Part shown: positions 1 to 10,260 of the stretch, in pieces
Layout of the letters: each line of letters begins with the position of its first letter
Position numbering within the stretch: the first letter of the stretch is position 1
Virus record (IMG/VR): IMGVR_UViG_3300037247_001602
Location: 30,489 to 94,488 of that record
Length of the DNA: 64,000 bases
Source of the DNA: a virus
Strand: one strand, 5' to 3'
Position numbers and translations under genes: made by a program
Notes under the pieces: model-generated
Told to the model about the DNA's origin: nothing
Databases searched by the model: none
What the model saw: only the letters and a program-made list of their open reading frames with translations

Positions 1-6
1 AACGCC

Positions 7-393
7 TTGCAACATGATGATATGGCCGTGCAGATTCTCGATGCGCTCTTCGAGAAGCGTGCCCGCATGGAGCCCGCAAAATTCGCTCAGTCCTTGGAAA
101 CATTCGATCAGATGTACGGCCTAAGCGATTACTGGGACTCCACGATCATTGATCCCTACCAGAGCACGTTCGGCGGAATCAAGGTAGAGAAGCCCATCTA
201 CGTGGCCGGCAGAGCCGTCTATCGCGATAAGATCGCTGCTCTGGCCACCGACGAGAAAGTTCTAAAGCACCACTTCAATTCCGATTTTGTCGAGCAATTC
301 CGTAAGGCCCCGATCGAGGTATTCCAGAAGTTGGCCACGCCCGATCAGGAACTCATGCTCGTTCTGATCGACGAGAAGGAAAATCGTAGGTGA
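7..393 (+). CDS. 5'-truncated hypothetical virion-associated protein
   Basis: ORF runs from the window edge in the structural block; contains FEKRA, DKIA and QKLA motifs; stop overlaps the next start. Confidence 0.6.
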   Translation: MQHDDMAVQILDALFEKRARMEPAKFAQSLETFDQMYGLSDYWDSTIIDPYQSTFGGIKVEKPIYVAGRAVYRDKIAALATDEKVLKHHFNSDFVEQFRKAPIEVFQKLATPDQELMLVLIDEKENRR

Positions 394-671
394 CCGTGAT
401 CGAGAAGATCGCGTATGTGGGCGGCAAGGGCCCCAAATTCAAGGTCTTGAGGGATGGCCGCGTAAATCTCGATCCGGAAGAACGCGCCTTGGTGATGAAG
501 CGCAAGGCTGTCTGGCACATGAACGGTGGAGGTCCAAGCTCAGCGGTATTCAAGTCGAATGTGAAGGGGAAAACCTGGTACACGACTCACACGCACAGAG
601 CCTATAATGTGACCCCCACGCTGAAGGGAACGATCAACCGCTTCCATAAATTCATAAAGGGCACATCATGA
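390..671 (+). CDS. small basic protein with N-terminal IEKIA tag
   Basis: Begins MTVIEKIA; AAGGA upstream; translationally coupled to both neighbours. Confidence 0.75.
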   Translation: MTVIEKIAYVGGKGPKFKVLRDGRVNLDPEERALVMKRKAVWHMNGGGPSSAVFKSNVKGKTWYTTHTHRAYNVTPTLKGTINRFHKFIKGTS

Positions 672-874
672 AGATGATCGAGAAGATCGCTCGCGAGATG
701 CCGAGCTTCACTAAGCAAAAGCGACCTGCCAAAGTGAAAGAGATCTACCGTGCGCTCAAGCGGGAGCACCCCGAGATGCCAGCAGCCATGAAAGCTCGCA
801 TCGCCGGTCGCCAGGGCAAAGTCGGAAAACAAGAAGTTGGACCTCCGTACACGGCTCCACTAAGTGGAAAATGA
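668..874 (+). CDS. small basic protein with N-terminal IEKIA tag
   Basis: Begins MKMIEKIA; ATGA overlap with the previous gene; K/R-rich. Confidence 0.75.
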   Translation: MKMIEKIAREMPSFTKQKRPAKVKEIYRALKREHPEMPAAMKARIAGRQGKVGKQEVGPPYTAPLSGK

Positions 875-880
875 CGACCA

Positions 881-1597
881 ATGAGAGCCGAACTGGTGAT
901 AGAGCCGCTAGACACCACTGGACGGATTAAATCTGCCGACGAATGTTTCATCGAAGCATTCCATAGTCCCGGTGCGAACGGATCTGTCAGAAAACTAGCC
1001 GCAGTCCAAAAGCCAGATTCGTGGGAAGCGGGTAGGCCTCCGGGATGGTACTCCCAGACTCTCATCAAGAAATACGATCGGCTCTGGTTCGAATGGGAGC
1101 CAGAAACTCTCTGGTCCACGATCGAGAAAGATTTCAATACCGCAGTTTCCGAACTGACGCGGAACAAGATCAACGCCGCGAAGCTCATTTACCTGACGGA
1201 TGCATTCTGGAAGGAGTGGCATGTCTTCGAGAAAGTAGTTCAGGCCTTCACTGATCACATTCCCGACTTCTTCTCCGTAGAGCCTCCCAGCCCGGCAGAG
1301 GTCGCATGGGGCGTTTACGAAGTCAACCGGATGCGACCCAATATCACATTCTCCGAGGAAGTCGCAAGTTACGTTCAGGGGATCTGCAAGGAGGCAGGAC
1401 TCGTTCTCTTTCCCGAAGAACTGGAATTCGCACAGCCGAAGCCGTTGGGAACGCTTGCGGCTGACGTGAGGGCCGGATGGCAGATGATCAAAGAGTTGAA
1501 AGAGATTGAAATCGTAGAGAATGAGATCGGCGTGAATCTTGTAAGATTACAGGCCATCCGTGCTTACGTGGAGGAGCAGTTCAGTGAGCATGAATGA
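881..1597 (+). CDS. hypothetical virion or morphogenesis protein
   Basis: 238-aa ORF in the structural operon; IKSA and RKLA motifs near the N-terminus. Confidence 0.7.
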   Translation: MRAELVIEPLDTTGRIKSADECFIEAFHSPGANGSVRKLAAVQKPDSWEAGRPPGWYSQTLIKKYDRLWFEWEPETLWSTIEKDFNTAVSELTRNKINAAKLIYLTDAFWKEWHVFEKVVQAFTDHIPDFFSVEPPSPAEVAWGVYEVNRMRPNITFSEEVASYVQGICKEAGLVLFPEELEFAQPKPLGTLAADVRAGWQMIKELKEIEIVENEIGVNLVRLQAIRAYVEEQFSEHE

Positions 1598-1871
1598 CCA
1601 GATAATCTCTGGATTCATCGACGAGATCGAGAAAGTCGCCCGCCTCACGGGAAAAGATATTGCTCGTGGAGCTGCTCTCGGAGCCTTGACTGGCATAACA
1701 GTAGGAACAGTCAAGGGTTATACAGAGAAGAAACTTGAAAAGAAACTTAAGAAAAAGTACGGGAAAAAGAGTGAGGTTCCTTGGGCAGCAGCCAGAGGCG
1801 TCACAAGCGCAGGAGCGGGTGCTCTTTATGCCTTGGCGCCACTGATTGCACTTGCTAAGATGAAGAAATAG
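1590..1871 (+). CDS. small membrane-like protein with GFIDEIEKVA leader and glycine-zipper helices
   Basis: ATG at 1590 follows GGAGGAG; two Gly/Ala hydrophobic segments. Confidence 0.7.
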   Translation: MNDQIISGFIDEIEKVARLTGKDIARGAALGALTGITVGTVKGYTEKKLEKKLKKKYGKKSEVPWAAARGVTSAGAGALYALAPLIALAKMKK

Positions 1872-1873
1872 CT

Positions 1874-3856
1874 ATGGCTGATCAAAGCCAATTCAATCTC
1901 GTCCGGCGTCGGGGTAATTTCAATTACCCTAGCCCGTACTTCGATATTTCCTCTACGTATGTTCCGCCGTCAGTCAAGGAACTGTTCAAGTGGTGCCGCT
2001 TCTTCTTTTACTCCCATTCGATCATTAGTCCGATTATCTACAAGATTTCGGAATATCCAATCACAGGACTGATCTATCAGAGCGTCGAATCTGATCAACC
2101 CCTACCTGAGCAGGCTAAGAGCAAATGGAAGACGCTGCTTGAGAGCACTCTTAAACTGAAGTCCAGACAGATCGAGATTCTTCTCGATTATAATACCTAC
2201 GGCAACGCATTCCTTTCGATCTTGTATCCGTTCAAACGCTATCTTGTCTGCGAGAAATGCGATACCAGATCAGCCATTGAGAAGACCTCCTATAAGTGGA
2301 AAGACCTGAAGTTCTACGGAGAATGTCAGAAGTGCAACCAACAAGTCGAATTCCAGATCAACGACGTAGAAGTCAAGAATAGATCGCAATGCCGTCTTAT
2401 TCGCTGGAATCCGTTCAATATAAGTATCGATCACTGTGGACCCACGGATGAACGAGTCTATGTATACAAAATCCCGTCCAAGGACAAGAAGTCCATTATT
2501 GCCGGGAAGAAATTTTGGATTGAACGCGCTCCATATGTCTTCATTGAAGCTGCGCGAAAGAACCAGGATATCGAACTAGATCCGAACAATCTATTCCACT
2601 TCAAGCGTCCTTCGATCGCCGATAATGATATGGGATGGGGAATGCCGATCGTTCTCCCTGTCCTGAAGGACGCCTATTGGCTTCAGATTCTACGTAAGGC
2701 GAACGAGGCGATCAGCCTGGAGCATATTGTCCCGTGGAGAATTATCTTTCCTGCGGCCAACGCAGATGCATCGCCTTATGTCAATCTGAACCTGAATTCT
2801 TGGAAGAATCAGATCGAGAAGGAGGTCAGGCGTTGGCGCCAGGACCCGAACCATATCTCGGTCATGCCGCTCCCGATCGGGAATATCAGCTTCGGTGGGG
2901 ATGCCAAGCTGCTTCTGGTTTGGCAGGAAGAGAAACTTATGCAAGGCCAAATCGCAGGTGGCCTTGGAGTTCCTCTCGAATTGGTATTCGGCGGACTCAC
3001 GTGGTCTGGATCATCGGTATCACTACGAGTGCTAGAGAATCATTTTCTCACAGATAGGGAATTGCTCGATGAATTCGTCAACGAATTCCTGATCCCGCGC
3101 CTGACGCGATATTTCCGGCTGCCGAAACTCAAAGTCAAGATGATTGAGTTCAAGATGGCCGATGATGTTCAGCAGAAACAGTTGGCCATGCAACTCAATC
3201 AGGCAGGGAAACTATCAGATACAACTCTTCTTGGCCAGTCGGGGTTCGACTTCGATGATGAAGTAAAACTCAGAAGGGCCGAGCAAATTCAGCTTATTGA
3301 GATGCAGAGAAAAGCCCTGATGCAACAGGCCGAACTTCAAGGAATGACACAGGTTGTCGGAGCCAAATACCAAGCTGTTGCTCAACTCGAAATGTCACGA
3401 GCGCAAAATGTGGCGAATCAGGAGGCCATGGAGGGGCAGTATGAATTCCAGAAAGGCGTCCAACAGGAACAGCAACAGCAGGCCACGCAGCAGATAGCCA
3501 TCGATCAGGCGCAAGGGCAGCAGGGCCAGGGGAAAGGCCAACAGTCGGCAGTTCCCATGGCACAAGGTGGTGTCGTCTCAGGACAAAAGCCAGGACAAAA
3601 GCCAGGGCAGAAATCAGATCAGAAGCCGGGCCAGATGCCGACGGTAAATACCATGGATATGGTTCGCTCCTGGGCACAGGGATTGATGTCACTACCAGAG
3701 GAACAGCGTGAGATGGCGCTCGGTTCCTATGAGCAAGAACACCCTGAGACAGTCGCGCTGATCCGTCAATTCATGAAGGAGATGTTGAAGCAGACGGCAG
3801 ACATGAGACCAAACCCAGAAGTAAAACCTCCAAGAAGAAAGAACACAACAGTCTAG
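1874..3856 (+). CDS. portal protein, with Zn-ribbon insertion and Q-rich C-terminus
   Basis: Portal-like patterns: YGNAF, LFHFKRP...WGMPIVLPVLK, IAGGLGVPLELVFGG; CEKC...CQKC insertion; head-gene context. Confidence 0.7.
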   Translation: MADQSQFNLVRRRGNFNYPSPYFDISSTYVPPSVKELFKWCRFFFYSHSIISPIIYKISEYPITGLIYQSVESDQPLPEQAKSKWKTLLESTLKLKSRQIEILLDYNTYGNAFLSILYPFKRYLVCEKCDTRSAIEKTSYKWKDLKFYGECQKCNQQVEFQINDVEVKNRSQCRLIRWNPFNISIDHCGPTDERVYVYKIPSKDKKSIIAGKKFWIERAPYVFIEAARKNQDIELDPNNLFHFKRPSIADNDMGWGMPIVLPVLKDAYWLQILRKANEAISLEHIVPWRIIFPAANADASPYVNLNLNSWKNQIEKEVRRWRQDPNHISVMPLPIGNISFGGDAKLLLVWQEEKLMQGQIAGGLGVPLELVFGGLTWSGSSVSLRVLENHFLTDRELLDEFVNEFLIPRLTRYFRLPKLKVKMIEFKMADDVQQKQLAMQLNQAGKLSDTTLLGQSGFDFDDEVKLRRAEQIQLIEMQRKALMQQAELQGMTQVVGAKYQAVAQLEMSRAQNVANQEAMEGQYEFQKGVQQEQQQQATQQIAIDQAQGQQGQGKGQQSAVPMAQGGVVSGQKPGQKPGQKSDQKPGQMPTVNTMDMVRSWAQGLMSLPEEQREMALGSYEQEHPETVALIRQFMKEMLKQTADMRPNPEVKPPRRKNTTV

Positions 3857-3865
3857 GGGCAGAAA

Positions 3866-6166
3866 ATGGCACTACATACAATCCCGACAAAGCAACTCGC
3901 TCCAGAAGTTCTGGAGGAGGGAGAAGATGCGGGCGGTCTCGGCTCGGGAGCTGCAACTGTTGGACAACTTCTTGAGGCGGACGGAGCAGGCGGCACCTCT
4001 TTCGAGGATATTGTAGATCACAAGGCTCGTCACGCTTCCGGCGGAGCGGATGCCTTCCTCGCGACGGACCTTCTTGAGGGGGTTGTCAAGCGGATTCAGA
4101 CGACGACCGGACCGACGATACTTGAGGTGGGTGCTATCGCCCTAGATGAGACGCTGGTCCGTGGACCTGGAAATACGATTGTCGGCAGCCCGCGTATAGC
4201 AGAGAACCTCTTTCTCAAAGCTCGCAACGAGACGGTCTCGATCATACCGAAAGATAAACTCGTTACCCCTATTGGTTTTGACGTAGGAACAGGCCGGATA
4301 TTGGTTGATCTGGCCGACAAAGATGATTCTGGGAAACGTCCGGCAGTGGGCATCACGACTGAGCCCATTGCCGCCAGCGGCGGCGAAACCGATCTCCTTC
4401 TCTCGGTGGGGACTGCCGTTGGCTTAAACACGTCGGCCTTTTCTGTGAACGATCAGTTGGTCTTGGGCAATGCTGGCGCGCTTTCTCGACCGCCGCCTGA
4501 AGTGGACCCCTTCACGGGAGAAATCCAGCTTATCGGGCAGGTGACACGTGTTGACGGATCAGACGGCCAAGTATTTGTCACTCTTTCTGCCGGACTATTG
4601 CCCACCACGGCTGCGCAGTTTTTTGCGACCAAGGAAATCACGCCGACCGGTGCTGTGACCGGTGGCGATGTCACGAGGGCATCGCCGCCGAGTCTAAACG
4701 TGGCCGTCGCTGCCGGGGAAGGTTTTGTCAACGACGATACTATGGCATCCCCCTTCCGTGTTGTATGGAGTTCTGTTTCAAGTCTCGCCCTCACAGCCAG
4801 CGATACGAACTTTATCACTGTCGATAAAGATGGCGTGGTGGCCGCCACCGTCAGCCCGCCCAACGAAGAAGACGTTATCATCCTTGCCGATGCGATCACC
4901 GATGGTTCGTCGGTCATTTTGTTGGCCAGTCACCGAGTCCTTTTGCAGGAGCGGTCGGCAAAAGCCCACGTATACGCGCAAGAGGTCATTGGCAATATAG
5001 TAGTCAGTGGGCTCATTACGACTGAGAATGCCGGCACTGATCTTCGTTTGGATGTTGATCTGGGAACCTTTTATACCCATGATTTCAGGGTCACCGTCCC
5101 GGCAACCGCCCCGATCCTCTTTACGTACTGGCATCGAGATAGCTTCGGCGGTTGGACACAGACGGCTGGTTCTACCCTAATCGATCAGAAGTGGGATGAC
5201 GACTCAGGCACATTGGTTGCCTTGACTGCGGGTGAGTTCAAGAAGGATTTGCTATTCGTCATCTTCACGGCGACGAACACTGTCGAGTACCACGTTTTTC
5301 ACGGTCAGGAAGTTTTCTCCTCTCAGTCGGAGGCCGAAGCGGGAGCCATTCCGGCAGCCGATTCGGACGTGATAGACAACGGCGTTCGATCCGGTGGGCT
5401 CGTGGTTGAAGGAGTCGTTGCCGCATCCCTAGCCCTCGTTTCTATCGTCGATCATCGGCCATTCCTCGGACAATTGGCACCGGGTGCCACGGCGGTGACG
5501 GACCACGGTCTTCTGAGCGGATTGGCTGATGACGACCATACTCAGTACCTGCTGACCAGCGGAAGGACGATGACTGGCGATCAGAATATGGGCGGCAACG
5601 CCATTACCAACGTCGGAAACGTCGATGGTGTGGATGTTAGCGCCCACGCAGGTCGTCACGAAAATGCCGGCGCGGACGAAATTAATGTGGGCGGCTTGTC
5701 AGGTGCCCTGGCCGACGATCAACCGGCCCAGGCCCATACCTTGGGTGGCGCCAAACACACTGCTGACACAATAGCAAATGTCGATGCGAAGGTGTCTGAT
5801 GCGACACTCGTTGCTGAAATCGAAAACACAACTACAACTACCACCGGAACGCCGTTCAATATCGCGACCATCGCCATCCCTGATGATACGGTCGTCCTGA
5901 TCGAAGTTAGGATTGTGGCACGACGAACCGATTCAGCCGGGCGAGCCACGTACATTCGCCATGCAGTGGTTTTTCGGGAAGCTGCCGGTGTGGCGACTCT
6001 TGAAGGCGCCGTGGATACACCATTTACCAGGGAATCCACTGGTGATTCAACTTGGGACGCGACGATATTGGTTGACGGCGGCAACAATGCACTTATAGAA
6101 GTTACTGGACAGGGCGCTAAGACAATCAACTGGAAATCTCTCCATCGAACAAGGCAGGTAAGCTAA
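3866..6166 (+). CDS. virion structural (decoration or fibre-like) protein
   Basis: 766 aa, rich in G/A/T/D/V; has HxxxHxxGG and DHGLLSGLADDDHTQY fibre-type motifs; shares modules with the paralogs at 44654-48704. Confidence 0.7.
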   Translation: MALHTIPTKQLAPEVLEEGEDAGGLGSGAATVGQLLEADGAGGTSFEDIVDHKARHASGGADAFLATDLLEGVVKRIQTTTGPTILEVGAIALDETLVRGPGNTIVGSPRIAENLFLKARNETVSIIPKDKLVTPIGFDVGTGRILVDLADKDDSGKRPAVGITTEPIAASGGETDLLLSVGTAVGLNTSAFSVNDQLVLGNAGALSRPPPEVDPFTGEIQLIGQVTRVDGSDGQVFVTLSAGLLPTTAAQFFATKEITPTGAVTGGDVTRASPPSLNVAVAAGEGFVNDDTMASPFRVVWSSVSSLALTASDTNFITVDKDGVVAATVSPPNEEDVIILADAITDGSSVILLASHRVLLQERSAKAHVYAQEVIGNIVVSGLITTENAGTDLRLDVDLGTFYTHDFRVTVPATAPILFTYWHRDSFGGWTQTAGSTLIDQKWDDDSGTLVALTAGEFKKDLLFVIFTATNTVEYHVFHGQEVFSSQSEAEAGAIPAADSDVIDNGVRSGGLVVEGVVAASLALVSIVDHRPFLGQLAPGATAVTDHGLLSGLADDDHTQYLLTSGRTMTGDQNMGGNAITNVGNVDGVDVSAHAGRHENAGADEINVGGLSGALADDQPAQAHTLGGAKHTADTIANVDAKVSDATLVAEIENTTTTTTGTPFNIATIAIPDDTVVLIEVRIVARRTDSAGRATYIRHAVVFREAAGVATLEGAVDTPFTRESTGDSTWDATILVDGGNNALIEVTGQGAKTINWKSLHRTRQVS

Positions 6167-6972
6167 TGAGTATTACGGGATCTACAGATCAAGGCGATGG
6201 GCGCAGAGACGTAACGGTCGATCATGACCCGCGTTCGACGGCTACTGACGTTCCCGCTGGGTCAGTCATTCTCTACGTCGGATCGCCCAGCGGCGATTTG
6301 TGGACGGGGTGTCAGTTCGTCAAACTGGACGACGGCGCGACGACCAATGTTCATTATGTTGGCGGGCGCCCAACACTGTCCGGTAGTTGGGACCTCACTG
6401 CGGGTACACCCGCCAATAAAAACATCCCTGACGCCAAAAAAATCAAGCGTATCACCCGTGCTCGGTTTTGGATCAGCCAGAGCGGATTCGACGTAGGAAC
6501 GAACACCGCTACTCGTATTATACTCCAATTTTTTAATACTGATGCTTTTACTCATGCCGAACTTGATACGGTTGGCGAAGTGGCACTTATTAAACAATAT
6601 GCTGAGTTCCAGTTTGCAAGCCAGGATGTTTTCGTGAACATCAACAATGGTGTTGGTGCCTTCGACATTGATTCTACGGCCTCGTTTGTAGTTGAAGACT
6701 TAGTGCGAATCCACGATGGTACGAATTGGGAGTTTCAGCGGATCGATGATGTGACGGACGCCGATACGTTGAGCATTTATAACACTATCCTGAGGGCTGA
6801 CGGAGATCCAGTGTGGTCTGCTGATGACGATGTTACGCGCGTATTGGAGATCCGAGACCTGGGATGTAATGATGAAGACTACTCTGACGAGATCCATCTG
6901 CGCTTACTCCCTCGCACCGGCGACAACAATTGTCGCCTGCATTATTGGATCGAGTATGAAGGAGCTGCCTAA
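6166..6972 (+). CDS. putative virion structural protein
   Basis: 268-aa acidic, beta-rich ORF; TAATG coupling to the upstream gene. Confidence 0.6.
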   Translation: MSITGSTDQGDGRRDVTVDHDPRSTATDVPAGSVILYVGSPSGDLWTGCQFVKLDDGATTNVHYVGGRPTLSGSWDLTAGTPANKNIPDAKKIKRITRARFWISQSGFDVGTNTATRIILQFFNTDAFTHAELDTVGEVALIKQYAEFQFASQDVFVNINNGVGAFDIDSTASFVVEDLVRIHDGTNWEFQRIDDVTDADTLSIYNTILRADGDPVWSADDDVTRVLEIRDLGCNDEDYSDEIHLRLLPRTGDNNCRLHYWIEYEGAA

Positions 6973-6979
6973 TTTTACC

Positions 6980-7007
6980 TTGCAAATACTGTGCGGCTGT
7001 GTAGTAT
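6980..7007 (+). promoter_or_regulatory. sigma70-like promoter
   Basis: TTGCAA-N16-TAGTAT (TG before the -10) in the intergenic gap. Confidence 0.5.
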
Positions 7008-7016
7008 GAGGCTGAT

Positions 7017-7268
7017 ATGGCTAGATCCGTTTCTGTTAGGAAAATGTCAGGTGATGTTCGAATCCTGAAGCTCTGCATGGATGCGAAGGAAGATCGCCAG
7101 ACATACGAGAAGATCAGGAACGATACGAACTGTGAGATTATTGATAAGCAGTATTTTTCGACGCCGAAAGGAGTCGTTTGGGCAGTTGTAGAATATCGAG
7201 ATCAGAAGACCGAAACCCAGTCGCCGGAACAGGTTTCCGGTGGCGTCTCTAATGAAGAGGAGGAATAA
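7017..7268 (+). CDS. hypothetical protein
   Basis: GAGG RBS; 83 aa. Confidence 0.6.
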   Translation: MARSVSVRKMSGDVRILKLCMDAKEDRQTYEKIRNDTNCEIIDKQYFSTPKGVVWAVVEYRDQKTETQSPEQVSGGVSNEEEE

Positions 7269-7270
7269 TC

Positions 7271-8224
7271 ATGGCCCTTATTCAGAACAGCAGCGGTGGT
7301 GAAATTCGTTTGTCTCGGGTGGGCAAGATTGGTCCTCCTAAACTCGAAGGCGTCAATATTGCCTTTGATGATACTGAGACGGCAACCGTCCCGGATGATT
7401 TTCTTCGTAGTGATGGAATGGTCGCGCTGGTGGCTGCCAATGACATTACAATCCTTCAGTTCGGCGCGGGAGATGAGGTTGTCGAGCAGGAATCGCTACA
7501 CCGATCTGCGTACAGTATATCCTTGGATAATACCCCGGCTGATATTGCCAACATAATGGTCGCTGCTGTCGATACTGGAGGTGCCGAAACCTACGATTTC
7601 AGCAACCCGGCAAATCGCAGCCTATCTATGGTTCTGAATGGAATTTCTGTTACCCACACTTTTGTAAGTGGGGATTTTTCAGATCAGGCCGCTGCGACGG
7701 CTGCCGAAGTAGTTACGTCATTGGCCGGGAACGCGGCGTTTGCAGCAGAAGCGGCTGCTGATGATAATGCCGGATCGATCCGTGTAACAAGCCTTGCGTT
7801 TGGAACGAGCAGCAACATTATCTTCAGTGGAACCGCGAATGCCATTCTTGCCCTCTCGGTGACTCAAGTCGATGGGACCATTGCCCCGAGTCTCGTCCAG
7901 GTTCTTGTCAAGGATTCTCGCGGGAATGCGATCCAGGGCGTGGACGTTGTCGCTGGCATTTGGGATACTGTAACCGGTGGAAGCCTCCTTGCTGACACTC
8001 AGATCCAGGAAGCCAGCAAGGGCTCGATCAAAACCGGGAAGTATACCAATACGGCCACGTTGACGACAAGTTCTACTGGCGAAGCTGATGTGGAAGTCGC
8101 ATCGGATATTTCCGGGGCCGACAGCCTTTTCCTTGATCTGGCTGCTCCGGCTGGTTTCTTCCTATCCGTTTCGGATAGAAAGGGAGTGGATAGCAGCAGA
8201 GAGCAGATCGACAAGAGTGCGTAG
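7271..8224 (+). CDS. virion structural protein (Ig-like C-terminus; N-terminal module shared with fibre paralogs)
   Basis: TVPDDF...ITILQFGAGDE resembles SLPDRFF...ITVLSFDAGDE of the 44654-48704 genes; VLVKDSRGNAIQGVDV is Big-1/Ig-like. Confidence 0.65.
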   Translation: MALIQNSSGGEIRLSRVGKIGPPKLEGVNIAFDDTETATVPDDFLRSDGMVALVAANDITILQFGAGDEVVEQESLHRSAYSISLDNTPADIANIMVAAVDTGGAETYDFSNPANRSLSMVLNGISVTHTFVSGDFSDQAAATAAEVVTSLAGNAAFAAEAAADDNAGSIRVTSLAFGTSSNIIFSGTANAILALSVTQVDGTIAPSLVQVLVKDSRGNAIQGVDVVAGIWDTVTGGSLLADTQIQEASKGSIKTGKYTNTATLTTSSTGEADVEVASDISGADSLFLDLAAPAGFFLSVSDRKGVDSSREQIDKSA

Positions 8225-8225
8225 T

Positions 8226-8275
8226 AAAGAAAAAGGGGTGGGGAGGATTACTCCTCCTCACCCTCTTCTTCTTCT
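8226..8275. terminator. bidirectional intrinsic terminator
   Basis: A-tract, then GGGGTGGGAGGA/TCCTCCTCACCCTC hairpin, then a pyrimidine tract, between convergent genes. Confidence 0.6.
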
Positions 8276-8883
8276 GCTGTCACGGGTCTCTCGAAGAGAC
8301 GCCACAGTCTTCCCGGAATATAATGCGGTGGGACCTCTCTTTCTTCCTGGGTTGGTTCCCAGAATATCACATCATCTACCTGGCCGTAGGTGTGAGTTAC
8401 ATAGGATCGGTCGCCATTTTTGAAGTCGCAATAAGAGACGAGCGCCTCGGGATGATTGGGATTGCCCAAAACCTGTTTAGATGGCTCCGATCTCAATTTG
8501 AATAGATGGGTTTTCGAAACCCAGCATCTCATGAGAAGTGCGTAGGCTCTGGAATCCATCTCACGGACCATCATTTCCATGGCGGCTTGGAGAAGATCAG
8601 GATCGAAGTCGATCATGGCCTGGACGTTTATCATCCGGCACATATCAAGGCCGTCTTTGACGTACCAGATGTAGAAATATGGGGCGACGTACCTGTTTTT
8701 GTTCATCTCGTCCTGGCCGAGTTCCAGGGTAATCTTATTGAATGCCCTGGGATCAATGCAATTATGGAAAAGGCTCTTGTCGGCGGGAACATCTTTTGTT
8801 TCAACGTGAATATGTTGCGCGACGGGGAATCTTTTGATAAGATTGCTTACTCTCGTGTAAGGAACACCTTGTGAAAAATCCAT
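8248..8883 (-). CDS. hypothetical early protein
   Basis: 211 aa; GGAGG RBS; GGTATAAG motif at 8928-8935 upstream. Confidence 0.7.
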   Translation of the reverse strand: MDFSQGVPYTRVSNLIKRFPVAQHIHVETKDVPADKSLFHNCIDPRAFNKITLELGQDEMNKNRYVAPYFYIWYVKDGLDMCRMINVQAMIDFDPDLLQAAMEMMVREMDSRAYALLMRCWVSKTHLFKLRSEPSKQVLGNPNHPEALVSYCDFKNGDRSYVTHTYGQVDDVIFWEPTQEEREVPPHYIPGRLWRLFERPVTAEEEEGEEE

Positions 8884-10028
8884 GGAATCCTCCCGTAGTA
8901 GACCTAGATAAGATCGCCGATGAGAATCTTATACCAAAAGGCGATCCCTGGTTGCACGTTCTTTTTGCTGCCGATGATCTCCACAGCCTGCTGAAACTTG
9001 GTATAGCCGATATGGATCGGCTCGTCTACGGAATATATCAGAATCGGGATCATGCGGAGATTCCGTGGCATGAGCTTGTTGGGCCAATCGAGGCGCAGCT
9101 CTACCATTGCGGATATCAGGCAGTCTGCGGCGGGAGGCAGTATGCTGAATCGTTCCGGACGGATCATACGAAAGTCGCACAGCTCCTCGATTGGAATTAT
9201 CGAAAAGACATAGAAGAAATGATTACGGGCATGGGATACCCAGCCTCGAAGAAGACTATGGATATTGTTCACGAGGCTCTTGGAGGCGCTCAGGCTCCTC
9301 CTATCCACGAACTGAATCAGCTCATGGCATTCGAGCAGGCGAAGGCAATCGCACGCACGGTGATGATGAATATCTATGTGAAATCCGCCCTGCGCAAGTG
9401 GCAGGAAGACGGAATCACAAGAGTCAAACGCATGGAGATGCGGGACAAGAAAACATGCCCGATTTGCAAAGCGCTAAACGGAAAAGAGTACGAGCTTGCT
9501 GATCTCATCAATTTGGTATATCCGTTGACGAACGATAGCCATCCTTCCTGCCGAGGGACCTTCATTCCGCTGATCTCTCTAGAGACCTACGATCCGAAAG
9601 TTCGTGAGATTCCGCTGGCCGTGGATTTCTCCGTTAGTGGAAACACGGCCAAGAATGTTCCCCTCGAAGTCAAGCCATGGCTCTACAGCTTCTTGAGAAA
9701 GCTCAAAGGACCGATCAGCGTGGAGTTCGATCCTACGATTACTGAGTCTTACACGTGGGGTCCTTTCGAGATCAGGATCAACCCCGATGCCCTGGAAGAC
9801 GAAGACGTGCGCGAGATCATTCTGGAATCCATTGCACATCAGATCTGGCCCACTTTCGAAGATAAATTCATCGCGGAATATATTCCGCTGATCCAATCCG
9901 GACTGGCGCATCCATCGAAGAGCTTTTCTAACAACAAAGAGTTATTCATCTATAACTACATCGCCCATAGGATGGGACAGGACCCAGATCCCTTCTCCAA
10001 TGCCTGGTGGCTCCAAAACGTAAAATAA
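8871..10028 (+). CDS. MuF/SPP1 gp7-like head morphogenesis protein with C-terminal extension
   Basis: IART...DKKTCPICKALNG...HPSCRG MuF signature; LDKIA near the N-terminus. Confidence 0.8.
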   Translation: MKNPWNPPVVDLDKIADENLIPKGDPWLHVLFAADDLHSLLKLGIADMDRLVYGIYQNRDHAEIPWHELVGPIEAQLYHCGYQAVCGGRQYAESFRTDHTKVAQLLDWNYRKDIEEMITGMGYPASKKTMDIVHEALGGAQAPPIHELNQLMAFEQAKAIARTVMMNIYVKSALRKWQEDGITRVKRMEMRDKKTCPICKALNGKEYELADLINLVYPLTNDSHPSCRGTFIPLISLETYDPKVREIPLAVDFSVSGNTAKNVPLEVKPWLYSFLRKLKGPISVEFDPTITESYTWGPFEIRINPDALEDEDVREIILESIAHQIWPTFEDKFIAEYIPLIQSGLAHPSKSFSNNKELFIYNYIAHRMGQDPDPFSNAWWLQNVK

Positions 10029-10260
10029 TGGGGTGGCCAGACAGGTTTCCCAGAATCCGACCACCCCTCTGGTGAGCAGTCAGAATCGATCTGACTACTC
10101 ATCCCCCCAGAGGAGATAGAGAGAAATATATCCTCAATCCATCTCCACTTTGCTTATACCTAAAAAGAGAGGCGAGATGGCATAGCCACCCGCCTCCCTT
10201 TCGCCGAGAGTGGACACAAGCGCTACGGGCGCGGTGTCCTGGAGGAAATCCATGTAGGTT

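Noticed and set aside
3581-3635. GGACAAAAGCCA short tandem repeat
   Set aside because: It is an in-frame low-complexity GQKP linker of the portal, not an independent element.
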